From the NCBI GenBank assembly GCA_012221805.1, contig CP015195.1, forward strand, positions 762,387 to 794,386: a stretch of 32,000 nt of DNA, read 5' to 3'. The notes under the pieces are model-generated. The model was given only the letters and a program-made list of their open reading frames with translations. It had not been told where the DNA came from and made no database searches. Within the stretch, counting starts at the first letter, position 1, and each line of letters opens with the position of its first letter. Shown in pieces: positions 1 to 9,053 of this stretch. Made by a program: the position numbers and the translations under genes. The stretch comes from Pasteurellaceae bacterium RH1A (lineage in GTDB: Bacteria > Pseudomonadota > Gammaproteobacteria > Enterobacterales > Pasteurellaceae).

Positions 1-2
1 GC

Positions 3-548
3 GCTGAACACCCCTTCCCACCACGCAGCCCAATCGATCTCTTTACCGCAGCCTGCCCACAACCTGTGCTAGATGCCATGAATGCCGCCTCAGACCAGGT
101 GGCCGCCAAGGCCATCGCCCTGCAAGAATGTTCCCGTGCCTTCTTAAACCCGCCGCACGTTTTCTTGCGTGACTATATCGGCATCGATCCAACAGAAGCC
201 GCCTTTACCTTTGCAGACCACGCTTTTAACTGGATTGGCGTGACCCACATGATTTTCTCCCTGGTCTTTGCCATTGGTTATTGCTTGGTGGCCGAAGTCT
301 TCCCGAAAATCAAATTCTGGCAAGGGATTGGTGCGGGTATCATCGCCAATATCTGTGTTCACTACATCACCTTCCCGGCCCTAGGCCTGACCCCGCCTGT
401 GGCAGAATGGCCTTTATATGAGCATATTTCTGAATTAGTTGGCCATATTTTCTGGTTCTGGACCATTGAGGTTATCCGCCGTGACCTGCGTAACCGCATG
501 ACCCAAGAGCCTGATCCTGAAGTGCCTTTAACGCAGCCTTATCGTTAA
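3..548 (+). CDS. YagU/DUF1440-like inner-membrane protein, 5' end outside the window
   Basis: Frame 3 is open from nt 3 to TAA at 546-548, so the GTG at 66 in the ORF track is probably internal. The protein has hydrophobic helices and a C-terminal ...[24 protein letters not shown] tail like my recollection of E. coli YagU. The family call is from memory only. Confidence 0.5.
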   Translation, partial: AEHPFPPRSPIDLFTAACPQPVLDAMNAASDQVAAKAIALQECSRAFLNPPHVFLRDYIGIDPTEAAFTFADHAFNWIGVTHMIFSLVFAIGYCLVAEVFPKIKFWQGIGAGIIANICVHYITFPALGLTPPVAEWPLYEHISELVGHIFWFWTIEVIRRDLRNRMTQEPDPEVPLTQPYR

Positions 549-553
549 AAATA

Positions 554-588
554 AAACCGCTTATGTGAACCATAAGCGGTTTGTTTTT
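554..588. terminator. Bidirectional rho-independent terminator between convergent genes
   Basis: A perfect 12-bp stem, AAACCGCTTATG (554-565) with CATAAGCGGTTT (571-582), has a 5-nt loop. T-runs follow the stem on both strands (GTTTTTAT on +, TTTTATTTTT on -). Confidence 0.75.
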
Positions 589-1807
589 ATGGCAGGGCCA
601 AAATCCGACAGTTACACAGGTCGTCGCTTTCAAAGGCGGTCATTTCCCTGGCCTGTTTGCCTGGAATGGGGAAGAGCCTCACCGTCAGTGGTTTGTTGAG
701 GCGGAAGGCCATGGTGCCGGTGTCCCGCATGATGGCAGTGATTTTCTCCACAGGTGTGTCGCCTGCAATGGGCACGGTGTCTAGCCCAATGCCGCAGACC
801 GCACTGTAGGTCAGCAAGGCCCGAATATCAAAATCTCCCCTCTGCGTGCCTTGAGCCAGGCCCAAATCTTCTGTAACAGCCAGCATGAGGCCTGAAAAGC
901 CAACTAAGGGCACATTTTTAACCGATTTAAAGACCCGAGTTAAGAGGGCAGAAGCCTCCACCGTGCCAGCTGCCCCGAAGTAAGGCACGCCTAGCAACTC
1001 ATAAACCGTGGCCATGGAGGCACAATTTTTGGAAGGAGCGGCCGAGCTGTCAATGCCGGCAAATGCAAAATTCCCTGATAATTCAACCGCTTGTAGGGCA
1101 GCAAGAACCTCATCCACATGGTATTGCAGGGCCTGGGAAAGGGCCTCAAAGGCCTGATGGAAGCGGGCATTATGCTCATCTTGCGGCAAGTTTTTGAGGA
1201 CTTCCACCATCAAATCGGGCGTTTCCAGGCCAATCACAAAGCTGTTAGGCAGGTCGCTGCTGTGGTAGCTGGCCGGAAAATAAGGAATAAAGGGTTGGCA
1301 GTTGAAATTGACGGTAAAGTTAAAGTTGCCCTCGCCCCGTGGGGTTAATTGGGCGATTTGCTGGATGGCCTGGGCGGAACGTTCAATCTGGGCATTGTCG
1401 AGGATCTGATTATCGTCCAAGGCGATATTGACACAGGCATTGCAAAGGTCGCCAAAGCTGGCGATCAGCTCTGGCAGGAGGGCGATTTCCTCCGCTGTTT
1501 TGGCCTCACCAATGGCAAAACGAATGCGTAAGCCGCTGTCATTCATGGCCTGGAGGAGCTGGCTTAGGTAGGCCAGATCTGCCTTGGCGGTTTCCAGGCT
1601 GGTCAGATTGAGGTATTGGCCAAAGGCATTGGTCACAATCCGAATGGTTTGAACGGTGTAGCCCTGGTTTTGCAGGGCGGGCACAAGAAGGTCAAATTCC
1701 GCCTTGGCCTTGGCCAGTTCTGCCTGCCATTGGGCCTTGTCTTGGGTCAGGGAGAGAAAGAGGGTAACGGCCCGCACTCGGCAGAGGGCCTTATTTTGGT
1801 ATGACAT
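587..1807 (-). CDS. DUF711 (UPF0210-like) family protein, function unknown
   Basis: 406-aa ORF. Its C-terminal half (GFSGLMLAVTEDLGLA ... VCGIGLDTVPIAGDTPVEKITAIMRDTGTMAFRLNKPLTVRLFPIPGK) matches the motif order I recall for UPF0210/DUF711 proteins. Confidence 0.6.
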   Translation of the reverse strand: MSYQNKALCRVRAVTLFLSLTQDKAQWQAELAKAKAEFDLLVPALQNQGYTVQTIRIVTNAFGQYLNLTSLETAKADLAYLSQLLQAMNDSGLRIRFAIGEAKTAEEIALLPELIASFGDLCNACVNIALDDNQILDNAQIERSAQAIQQIAQLTPRGEGNFNFTVNFNCQPFIPYFPASYHSSDLPNSFVIGLETPDLMVEVLKNLPQDEHNARFHQAFEALSQALQYHVDEVLAALQAVELSGNFAFAGIDSSAAPSKNCASMATVYELLGVPYFGAAGTVEASALLTRVFKSVKNVPLVGFSGLMLAVTEDLGLAQGTQRGDFDIRALLTYSAVCGIGLDTVPIAGDTPVEKITAIMRDTGTMAFRLNKPLTVRLFPIPGKQAREMTAFESDDLCNCRILALP

Positions 1808-1885
1808 GGGTTTGCTCCTAAGAATGAATTTAACAAAGTAGTAACATATTTATCTGGCTTTGCCAAATGAAATATGAAAAATCAT

Positions 1886-1914
1886 TTGTCTTTGCCGCCT
1901 AAAAAATATATTAT
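1886..1914 (+). promoter_or_regulatory. Candidate sigma70 promoter of metK
   Basis: TTGTCT (1886-1891), 17-nt spacer, TATTAT (1909-1914), lying immediately upstream of the MetJ boxes. Confidence 0.4.
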
Positions 1915-1938
1915 AGACGTCTAGATGGAAAAACGTCT
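1915..1938 (+). promoter_or_regulatory. MetJ operator, three tandem 8-bp met boxes
   Basis: AGACGTCT (perfect consensus), AGATGGAA and AAACGTCT are contiguous at 1915-1938. They abut the -10 element upstream of metK, a classical MetJ regulon member. Confidence 0.6.
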
Positions 1939-2030
1939 AAAGCCAATTAGGTACAAGCGGTCAGAATTTGCAGGATTTTCGCAAAAACCGGCCGCTTGTC
2001 TTTTGCTTATATCACAAAATCGAGGAAAAC

Positions 2031-3182
2031 ATGGCGATTAACTTATTTACTTCCGAATCGGTGTCTGAAGGACATCCAGATAAGATTGCAGACCAAATTT
2101 CAGACGCAGTCCTAGACGAAATTCTTAAACAAGACCCCAAAGCCCGTGTGGCCTGTGAAACCTATGTGAAAACGGGGATGGCCTTGGTGGGTGGTGAAAT
2201 CACCACTTCCGCCTGGGTGGACATTGAAAACCTGACCCGCCAGGTCATTTGCGACATCGGCTACACCCATTCTGATATGGGCTTTGACGCTCATTCCTGT
2301 GCAGTGCTTAATGCCATTGGTAAACAATCCCCAGACATCAATCAAGGCGTGGATCGGGCCGACCTGCTTGAGCAGGGTGCGGGCGACCAGGGCATTATGT
2401 TCGGCTATGCCACCAATGAAACTGAGGTGCTGATGCCTGCTCCAATTACCTATGCCCACCGTTTGATGGAGCAACAGGCCAAGGTGCGTAAATCAGGCAA
2501 GCTAGACTGGCTCCGCCCAGATGCTAAGAGCCAGCTGACCTTTATCTATGAAGACAACAAGATCAAGGGTATTGATGCCGTGGTGCTTTCGACCCAGCAC
2601 GCCGAAAGCGTGTCGCAAAAAGAGGTTTATGAGGGCGTGATGGAGGAGATCATCAAGCCAATTTTGCCAAGCGAGTGGCTGAACCAAAACACCAAATACT
2701 TCATCAACCCAACCGGCCGTTTTGTGATTGGGGGCCCAATGGGCGACTGTGGTTTAACTGGCCGTAAGATTATTGTAGATACCTACGGCGGGGCTGCCCG
2801 TCACGGTGGTGGGGCCTTCTCAGGTAAGGATCCATCCAAAGTAGATAGATCAGCGGCCTATGCTGCCCGCTATGTGGCTAAGAACATTGTGGCGGCAGGC
2901 CTAGCTGATCGCTGTGAAATCCAGCTTTCCTATGCCATTGGCGTGGCCGATCCAACCTCTATTATGGTGGAAACCTTCGGCACGGGTAAGGTCAGCAATG
3001 AGGTGCTGGTTAAATTAGTGCGTGAGCATTTTGATTTACGCCCTTATGGCCTCATTCAAATGCTGGATCTGATCCGCCCAATCTACCGTGAAACCGCCGC
3101 CTATGGCCACTTCGGCCGTGAACACTTCCCTTGGGAGCAAACCAACAAGGCGGAAGCTTTGCGTTCAGCGGCTGGGTTTTAA
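2031..3182 (+). CDS. metK: S-adenosylmethionine synthetase
   Basis: The N-terminus [32 protein letters not shown] and the [23 protein letters not shown] motif are present. The length of 383 aa matches MetK. The ATG at 2031 aligns with the MetK N-terminus, so the TTG at 1968 in the track is an over-extension. Confidence 0.97.
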   Translation: MAINLFTSESVSEGHPDKIADQISDAVLDEILKQDPKARVACETYVKTGMALVGGEITTSAWVDIENLTRQVICDIGYTHSDMGFDAHSCAVLNAIGKQSPDINQGVDRADLLEQGAGDQGIMFGYATNETEVLMPAPITYAHRLMEQQAKVRKSGKLDWLRPDAKSQLTFIYEDNKIKGIDAVVLSTQHAESVSQKEVYEGVMEEIIKPILPSEWLNQNTKYFINPTGRFVIGGPMGDCGLTGRKIIVDTYGGAARHGGGAFSGKDPSKVDRSAAYAARYVAKNIVAAGLADRCEIQLSYAIGVADPTSIMVETFGTGKVSNEVLVKLVREHFDLRPYGLIQMLDLIRPIYRETAAYGHFGREHFPWEQTNKAEALRSAAGF

Positions 3183-3202
3183 TTCGCTCACTTTATGATA
3201 TT

Positions 3203-3276
3203 GATGGCGCAAGCGTCCACGCTTGTGCCTTATATATCAATACCTTATCAGCACCAGCGAGGACGCTGGCGCTATC
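3203..3276. repeat. Family-1 REPIN-like doublet, copy A
   Basis: Two inverted 22-nt hairpin units, GCGCAAGCGTCCACGCTTGTGC (3207-3228) and GCACCAGCGAGGACGCTGGCGC (3251-3272), share the flanks GATGGCGC...GCGCTATC with the copies at 6637 and 15235. Confidence 0.8.
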
Positions 3277-3294
3277 CCTGCTAAAAAGAAGCCT

Positions 3295-4833
3295 ATGAAC
3301 TTAGCCAAAAGCCTGTTTATTTGCCTAATCCTGGCCTTTACCTCCCTAGCCAGCTACTTCCTGCTTATCGGCTCAGGTATGTTCCCCAGCCCTGATCTTG
3401 CCCTAATAGGCCTAGTGATGGTCTTTATTTTGGCCCTAAGCCAAAGCCGAAAGATCTTCTATTTTATCCTCCTGCCTCTGATTATTATCCACGCCTTCTA
3501 TACGCCGACAGGCCTGAATTTTGGGGCACCTAGCTATCAATATATCGCTTCGCTCTTTGCCACCGATCTGCTGGAAACCAAGGAATTTCTGCTGCAAATT
3601 CCATTCACCAGCTACTTGATTGCCTTCTCTATTCCAGTGCTGCTTGTGGCCCAATACAAACTTACCCAGCGGGCGGGCATCAATTTTTATCGCAATAAGA
3701 CCTTTCTAGCCCTTTCCGCCCTCCTAGTGGCCTTTCATCTGCCCATTGCCAATCCGCTCAAGGAAACCGTTAATGCAGGCCTCAAGATTATGGACGAGGT
3801 AGGCAAGCTCAAGGCCATGACTAACAGCCCCAGCCGCTGGGGAGTTACGGAACTTGAGGCCAAATACGATGATTATGTGTTGATTATCGGCGAAAGCGCC
3901 CGTAAGGACTACCATCACGCCTTTGGCTACCCGGTGGAAAATACCCCCTTTATGAGCCAGGCCAAGGGCACGCTTATTGACGGCCTGCGTTCAGCCGGCA
4001 CCAACACGGTGGCCTCGCTCCGCCTTATGCTGACCCTGCCCAACAAGGAGACCTGGGAGCCTAACTATGATTTGAGCCTGATGGACTTGCTTAATTCAGC
4101 CGGCCTTGAAACCCATTGGCTGTCTAACCAGGGCTACTTGGGCGAGTTTGACACGCCAGTTTCTTCTCTGGCCTCCAAGGCTCAACAAGTTACCTTTATG
4201 AAAAAGGGCGGGAGCTTTAATTCTACCAACCATAGCGATTTTGAGCTGCTGCCCAAGTTTGCCCATATTTTACAAGCACCAAGCTCGAAAAAACGCTTTA
4301 TCGTCCTGCATATCTACGGCTCCCACCCCCTGGCCTGCGACCGCTTGGAGGATTACGCCACCATTTTTAAAGAGGGCCAGATTGACCCCAAACACCATTA
4401 TCTTAACTGCTATATTTCCTCCATTAAGAAAACCGATGAATTTCTAGCTAGGGTTTATGAGCAGCTCAAGGCTCACCAGGCAAGCAGCCAGCGGAGCTTT
4501 TCCATGGTCTATTTTTCCGACCACGGCATGTGTCACCAGGAAAATGGCAAGGAAATCGTGCTGAATCAGAACTGCTTTAGCCAGGCCCACCATGATGTAC
4601 CGCTCTTTAAACTGTCTTCAGACGACAGCGAGCAAAAACGCTATCAGGCCTTTAAGTCTGGGTTGAATTTTGTGGAAGGTATGGCGACTTGGGTGGGGAT
4701 AAAACACCCCTTGCTTGATGAGAAGGTAGATCTCTTTTCCAATCAGCCAGACCCAAGTGATTATGGCCTGGCTGATCGGATTAAGGAAAAATATCGGAAA
4801 GAGGCCGATCCCGCGGTAGATATTGGCCCTTAG
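3295..4833 (+). CDS. Phosphoethanolamine transferase, sulfatase superfamily (OpgE/YbiP/Lpt-like)
   Basis: An N-terminal polytopic membrane domain is followed by a periplasmic domain with [34 protein letters not shown] and VYFSDHG motifs typical of PEtn transferases. The ATG at 3295 lies downstream of the repeat element, and the track start at 3223 reads through that repeat. Confidence 0.7.
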   Translation: MNLAKSLFICLILAFTSLASYFLLIGSGMFPSPDLALIGLVMVFILALSQSRKIFYFILLPLIIIHAFYTPTGLNFGAPSYQYIASLFATDLLETKEFLLQIPFTSYLIAFSIPVLLVAQYKLTQRAGINFYRNKTFLALSALLVAFHLPIANPLKETVNAGLKIMDEVGKLKAMTNSPSRWGVTELEAKYDDYVLIIGESARKDYHHAFGYPVENTPFMSQAKGTLIDGLRSAGTNTVASLRLMLTLPNKETWEPNYDLSLMDLLNSAGLETHWLSNQGYLGEFDTPVSSLASKAQQVTFMKKGGSFNSTNHSDFELLPKFAHILQAPSSKKRFIVLHIYGSHPLACDRLEDYATIFKEGQIDPKHHYLNCYISSIKKTDEFLARVYEQLKAHQASSQRSFSMVYFSDHGMCHQENGKEIVLNQNCFSQAHHDVPLFKLSSDDSEQKRYQAFKSGLNFVEGMATWVGIKHPLLDEKVDLFSNQPDPSDYGLADRIKEKYRKEADPAVDIGP

Positions 4834-5762
4834 GCAAAGTCCAAAATACCTGTTACCCTGCCCGCTTCATTGACTGCCACCAGGGAGTGAATGTGCAGGG
4901 CTTTCATCATTTCTTCTGCCTTGCCGATAAACTCACTGTCTAAAATGGTTTTCGGCGAGCGGGTCATGATTTGCTGGGCCGTTTGGTTCAGGCTTTCTGC
5001 CCCCTTGGCGGCTAAGAGGCGGCGGACATCCCCATCGGTAATAATGCCCAAGAGCGCCTCCCCTTCCATCACCAAGGCCACGCCCATTCTGCCCTCATTC
5101 ATTACAGACAAGCAATCATTAAAGATAGCCTCTGGTGCAACCACAGGCAGTTTGGTACGCATAAGATCCCGCACACGGTAGAGCAATTTGCGGCCCAGGC
5201 TGCCACCTGGGTGGAAGCGGGCAAAGTCTTCAGGCTTGAATTGACGGGCCTCAATCAGGGCCACGGCCAGGGCATCGCCCAGGGCCATGGTGATCAGGCT
5301 GGAGGTGGTAGGAGCCAGGTTATTGGGGCAGGCCTCACGGCTGACACTGATGTCTAAGAAGAGATCGGCATTCTTGGCCAGGGTGGACTGCGGATTGCCG
5401 CACATGGCAATAATCTTGTTGCCAAAGTTCTTCAGCGAAGGAATGAGTTTATTGACATCATCCGTTTCACCGCTATTGGAAATCAAAATGACCACATCAA
5501 TGGGCTTGAGCATACCCAAGTCCCCGTGGAAGGCTTCGGTTGGGTGGAGGAAGAAGCTTGGGGTGCCAGTGGAAGCAAAGGTGGCCACCATTTTCTTACC
5601 CACCAAGCCTGACTTACCGATGCCGCCCACCACCAACCGCCCCTGGCAGTTGAGGATCATATCCACCGCTTTTTGGAAGGCCTGGCTCAAGCCCGCTTCT
5701 GTTTTTTGCAGGGCTTGAATATAGAGGCCAAGCACTGCTTTTCCGCTTTGAATGTAGTCCAT
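4830..5762 (-). CDS. kdsD: Arabinose-5-phosphate isomerase (SIS domain plus two CBS domains)
   Basis: [38 protein letters not shown] is close to E. coli KdsD, and the gene lies directly downstream of kdsA. The paralogue GutQ cannot be excluded. Confidence 0.8.
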   Translation of the reverse strand: MDYIQSGKAVLGLYIQALQKTEAGLSQAFQKAVDMILNCQGRLVVGGIGKSGLVGKKMVATFASTGTPSFFLHPTEAFHGDLGMLKPIDVVILISNSGETDDVNKLIPSLKNFGNKIIAMCGNPQSTLAKNADLFLDISVSREACPNNLAPTTSSLITMALGDALAVALIEARQFKPEDFARFHPGGSLGRKLLYRVRDLMRTKLPVVAPEAIFNDCLSVMNEGRMGVALVMEGEALLGIITDGDVRRLLAAKGAESLNQTAQQIMTRSPKTILDSEFIGKAEEMMKALHIHSLVAVNEAGRVTGILDFA

Positions 5763-5779
5763 AATGCCCCCTTCTTGGC

Positions 5780-6705
<926 letters not shown>

Positions 6706-6742
6706 AATGGCAGTAATTATAGGGGATCTGCTGAAGATAATC

Positions 6743-8926
6743 CTACATTTTTTCCAAATTCGCCATCTTGGCAATCAGCCACTTAATCCCGTTATTAACA
6801 AAGGCAATCTGTACTCGAGTTTGGTCGCCAGCTCCTTCCACATTGATAATGGTACCCGTGCCGAACTTGGCATGGGCCACCTTCTGGCCCATCTTCCAGC
6901 CGGCTTCCTGCTCCAAACAAGCGGCCGGTTTCGGGCTATTTTTTGCAAACGTGGCTGGGCGGTTGATGTTGCCTCTTAAGCGGATTTCCCGGATATGCTC
7001 TTCCGGCAGCTCCGCAATAAAGCGGGAAGGAATATGTTTTTCCTCCTTGCCGTAGAGGCGGCGGCTTTCGGCATAGCTGATGGTCAGTTTGCGTTTGGCC
7101 CGGGTAATGCCCACATAGGCCAGTCGGCGTTCTTCCTGCAAACGGCCCTCATCAAAGGTCATGCCACTTGGGAAGATACCCTCTTCCACGCCTACTATAA
7201 AGACCCGAGGGAACTCCAAGCCCTTGGCCGAATGCAGGGTCATGAGCTCCACATAGTCCTGGTGGGGAGAAGCCTGAGCCTCGCCGGCCTCAAGGGAGGC
7301 ATGGGTTAGGAAGGCGGTGAGATCACTCATGTCCTCGGCTTCATCAGGCTTGCTGAACTGGCGGGTGGCGGTGACTAGCTCGCCCAAGTTCTCAATTCGA
7401 GCCTCACCCTTCTCGCCTTTTTCAGCCTGGTACATAGCCAACAAGCCCGATTTATTGATGACATATTCGGTCTGCTCAAAGAGGCTCATTTGGCTGGTTT
7501 CTTGCTCCAGGGCGTTAATCAGCTCCACAAAGCGTAGCAGGGCGGTGGCGGCTCGGCCAGACAAGTGTTCTTCCTGAATAGCCAGTTGAATGGCCTGCCA
7601 GAGGGTAATCTGCTTGGAGCGGGTTAGCTGCCGTAGGGCATCCAGGGTGCGATCACCAATTCCTCTTGGCGGCGTGTTGATAACCCGCTCAAAGGCAGCA
7701 TCGTCCTGGCGGTTGGCAATCAGGCGGAGGTAGGCCAGGGCATCCTTGATTTCCTGGCGTTCAAAAAATCGCATACCACCATAAATGCGATAAGGGATAT
7801 TGGCCTGAATCAGGGCCTCTTCAATGACCCGGGACAGACTGTTGCTCCGATAAAGAATGGCACATTCGTTGAGTTCGCCCTCAGATTCCGTCCACTGCTT
7901 GATTTGGGAGGCCACAAAGCGGGCCTCGTCCAGCTCGTTAAAGGCGGCATAGATCTCAACCGGGTCACCATCGCCCCCGTCCGTCCAGAGGTTCTTGCCC
8001 AGGCGGTCGTCATTGTTGGCAATCAATTCATTTGCAGCATTGAGGATGTGGCCAGTGGAGCGGTAATTTTGCTCTAGGCGGATGGTTTGGGCATTTTCGT
8101 AGTCGTCCAAAAAGCGTTGGATATTCTCCACCTGGGCCCCCCGCCAGCCGTAAATGGACTGGTCGTCATCGCCCACGATCATAACCTTGCCAGTCTTGCC
8201 CGCCAGCAGGCGGATAAGTTTGTATTGAATATGGTTGGTGTCTTGAAACTCATCAATCAAAATATGCTGAAAACGCTGCTGGTAGCGTTGCAGGATGGGG
8301 GCCTTAAACTTAAAGAGTTCATAGGCCCGAATGAGCAGTTCGGCAAAGTCTAGCAGGCCGGCCCGGTCGCAGGCGTCCTGATAGATTTCATAGAGCTGAA
8401 CCAGTTTTTTCTCGTTGGGGTCGTTTTGGTGGTCGATGTGTTCAGGCCGCAGGCCCTTGTCCTTCTGGGCATTGATGTACCAGGCCACATTCTTAGGTGG
8501 GAAGGCCTTTTCGTCCACATTATGCAGTTTAAGCAGGCGTTTAAGCAGGCGTTGCTGATCTTCGCTGTCCATGATTTGGAAGTCCTGGGGCAGATCGGCA
8601 TCCAGATAATGGGCCCGCAGGAGGCGGTTGGCGATGCTGTGGAAGGTGCCCACCCACATGCCAAAGAGGCGGTTATGCTCAGAGGATTGGCTAAGGGTAT
8701 GCTCAATCCGATGGCGCATTTCAGCCGCAGCCTTGTTGGTAAAGGTCACAGCCAAAATGCTGGATTCAGCCACATTTTCCACCCCAATCAACCAAGCAAT
8801 TCGGGAGGTCAGCACCCGGGTTTTGCCACTGCCTGCCCCGGCCAGAACCAAGTAATTGCCCAAGGGGGCAGCCACAGCCTCCCGCTGCCTATCATTCAAA
8901 CCATCTAATAATAAGGAAAAATCCAC
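6743..8926 (-). CDS. uvrD: DNA helicase II
   Basis: The N-terminus MDFSLLLDGLNDRQREAVAAPLGNYLVLAGAGSGKTRVL is almost identical in pattern to E. coli UvrD. Length is 727 aa. Confidence 0.95.
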   Translation of the reverse strand: MDFSLLLDGLNDRQREAVAAPLGNYLVLAGAGSGKTRVLTSRIAWLIGVENVAESSILAVTFTNKAAAEMRHRIEHTLSQSSEHNRLFGMWVGTFHSIANRLLRAHYLDADLPQDFQIMDSEDQQRLLKRLLKLHNVDEKAFPPKNVAWYINAQKDKGLRPEHIDHQNDPNEKKLVQLYEIYQDACDRAGLLDFAELLIRAYELFKFKAPILQRYQQRFQHILIDEFQDTNHIQYKLIRLLAGKTGKVMIVGDDDQSIYGWRGAQVENIQRFLDDYENAQTIRLEQNYRSTGHILNAANELIANNDDRLGKNLWTDGGDGDPVEIYAAFNELDEARFVASQIKQWTESEGELNECAILYRSNSLSRVIEEALIQANIPYRIYGGMRFFERQEIKDALAYLRLIANRQDDAAFERVINTPPRGIGDRTLDALRQLTRSKQITLWQAIQLAIQEEHLSGRAATALLRFVELINALEQETSQMSLFEQTEYVINKSGLLAMYQAEKGEKGEARIENLGELVTATRQFSKPDEAEDMSDLTAFLTHASLEAGEAQASPHQDYVELMTLHSAKGLEFPRVFIVGVEEGIFPSGMTFDEGRLQEERRLAYVGITRAKRKLTISYAESRRLYGKEEKHIPSRFIAELPEEHIREIRLRGNINRPATFAKNSPKPAACLEQEAGWKMGQKVAHAKFGTGTIINVEGAGDQTRVQIAFVNNGIKWLIAKMANLEKM

Positions 8927-8934
8927 ACCAACCT

Positions 8935-8950
8935 CTGATTTTTTATACAG
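8935..8950 (-). promoter_or_regulatory. LexA (SOS) box-like operator upstream of uvrD
   Basis: The minus strand reads CTGT-ATAAAAAA-TCAG, against the consensus CTGT-N8-ACAG. It lies between the -10 element and the uvrD start. As I recall, the E. coli uvrD box is also imperfect in its right half. Confidence 0.45.
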
Positions 8951-8963
8951 TTAAATTGGGTGG

Positions 8964-8992
8964 ATTATAGCGAAAGAAGTGGCCTTTGGCAA
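8964..8992 (-). promoter_or_regulatory. Candidate sigma70 promoter of uvrD
   Basis: On the minus strand: TTGCCA (8992-8987), 17-nt spacer, TATAAT (8969-8964). Confidence 0.5.
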
Positions 8993-9025
8993 AAATAAAA
9001 TCTCGGCAGATGATGCCGAGATTTG
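8988..9025 (-). terminator. Rho-independent terminator of dld
   Basis: The stem AAATCTCGGCA (8998-9008) with TGCCGAGATTT (9014-9024) has a 5-nt loop. On the minus strand it is followed by a TTTTATTTTTG run. Confidence 0.7.
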
Positions 9026-9053
9026 CAAGTTTTGGGGGATTTCTCCCCGCTTG

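Noticed and set aside
1968-2030. N-terminal extensions suggested by the ORF track for metK, and likewise at 3223, 10772, 20743, 23263 and 29795
   Set aside because: In each case an internal ATG with a Shine-Dalgarno sequence aligns with the conserved N-terminus of the family. The extensions use TTG or GTG codons and read through repeats or the upstream gene.
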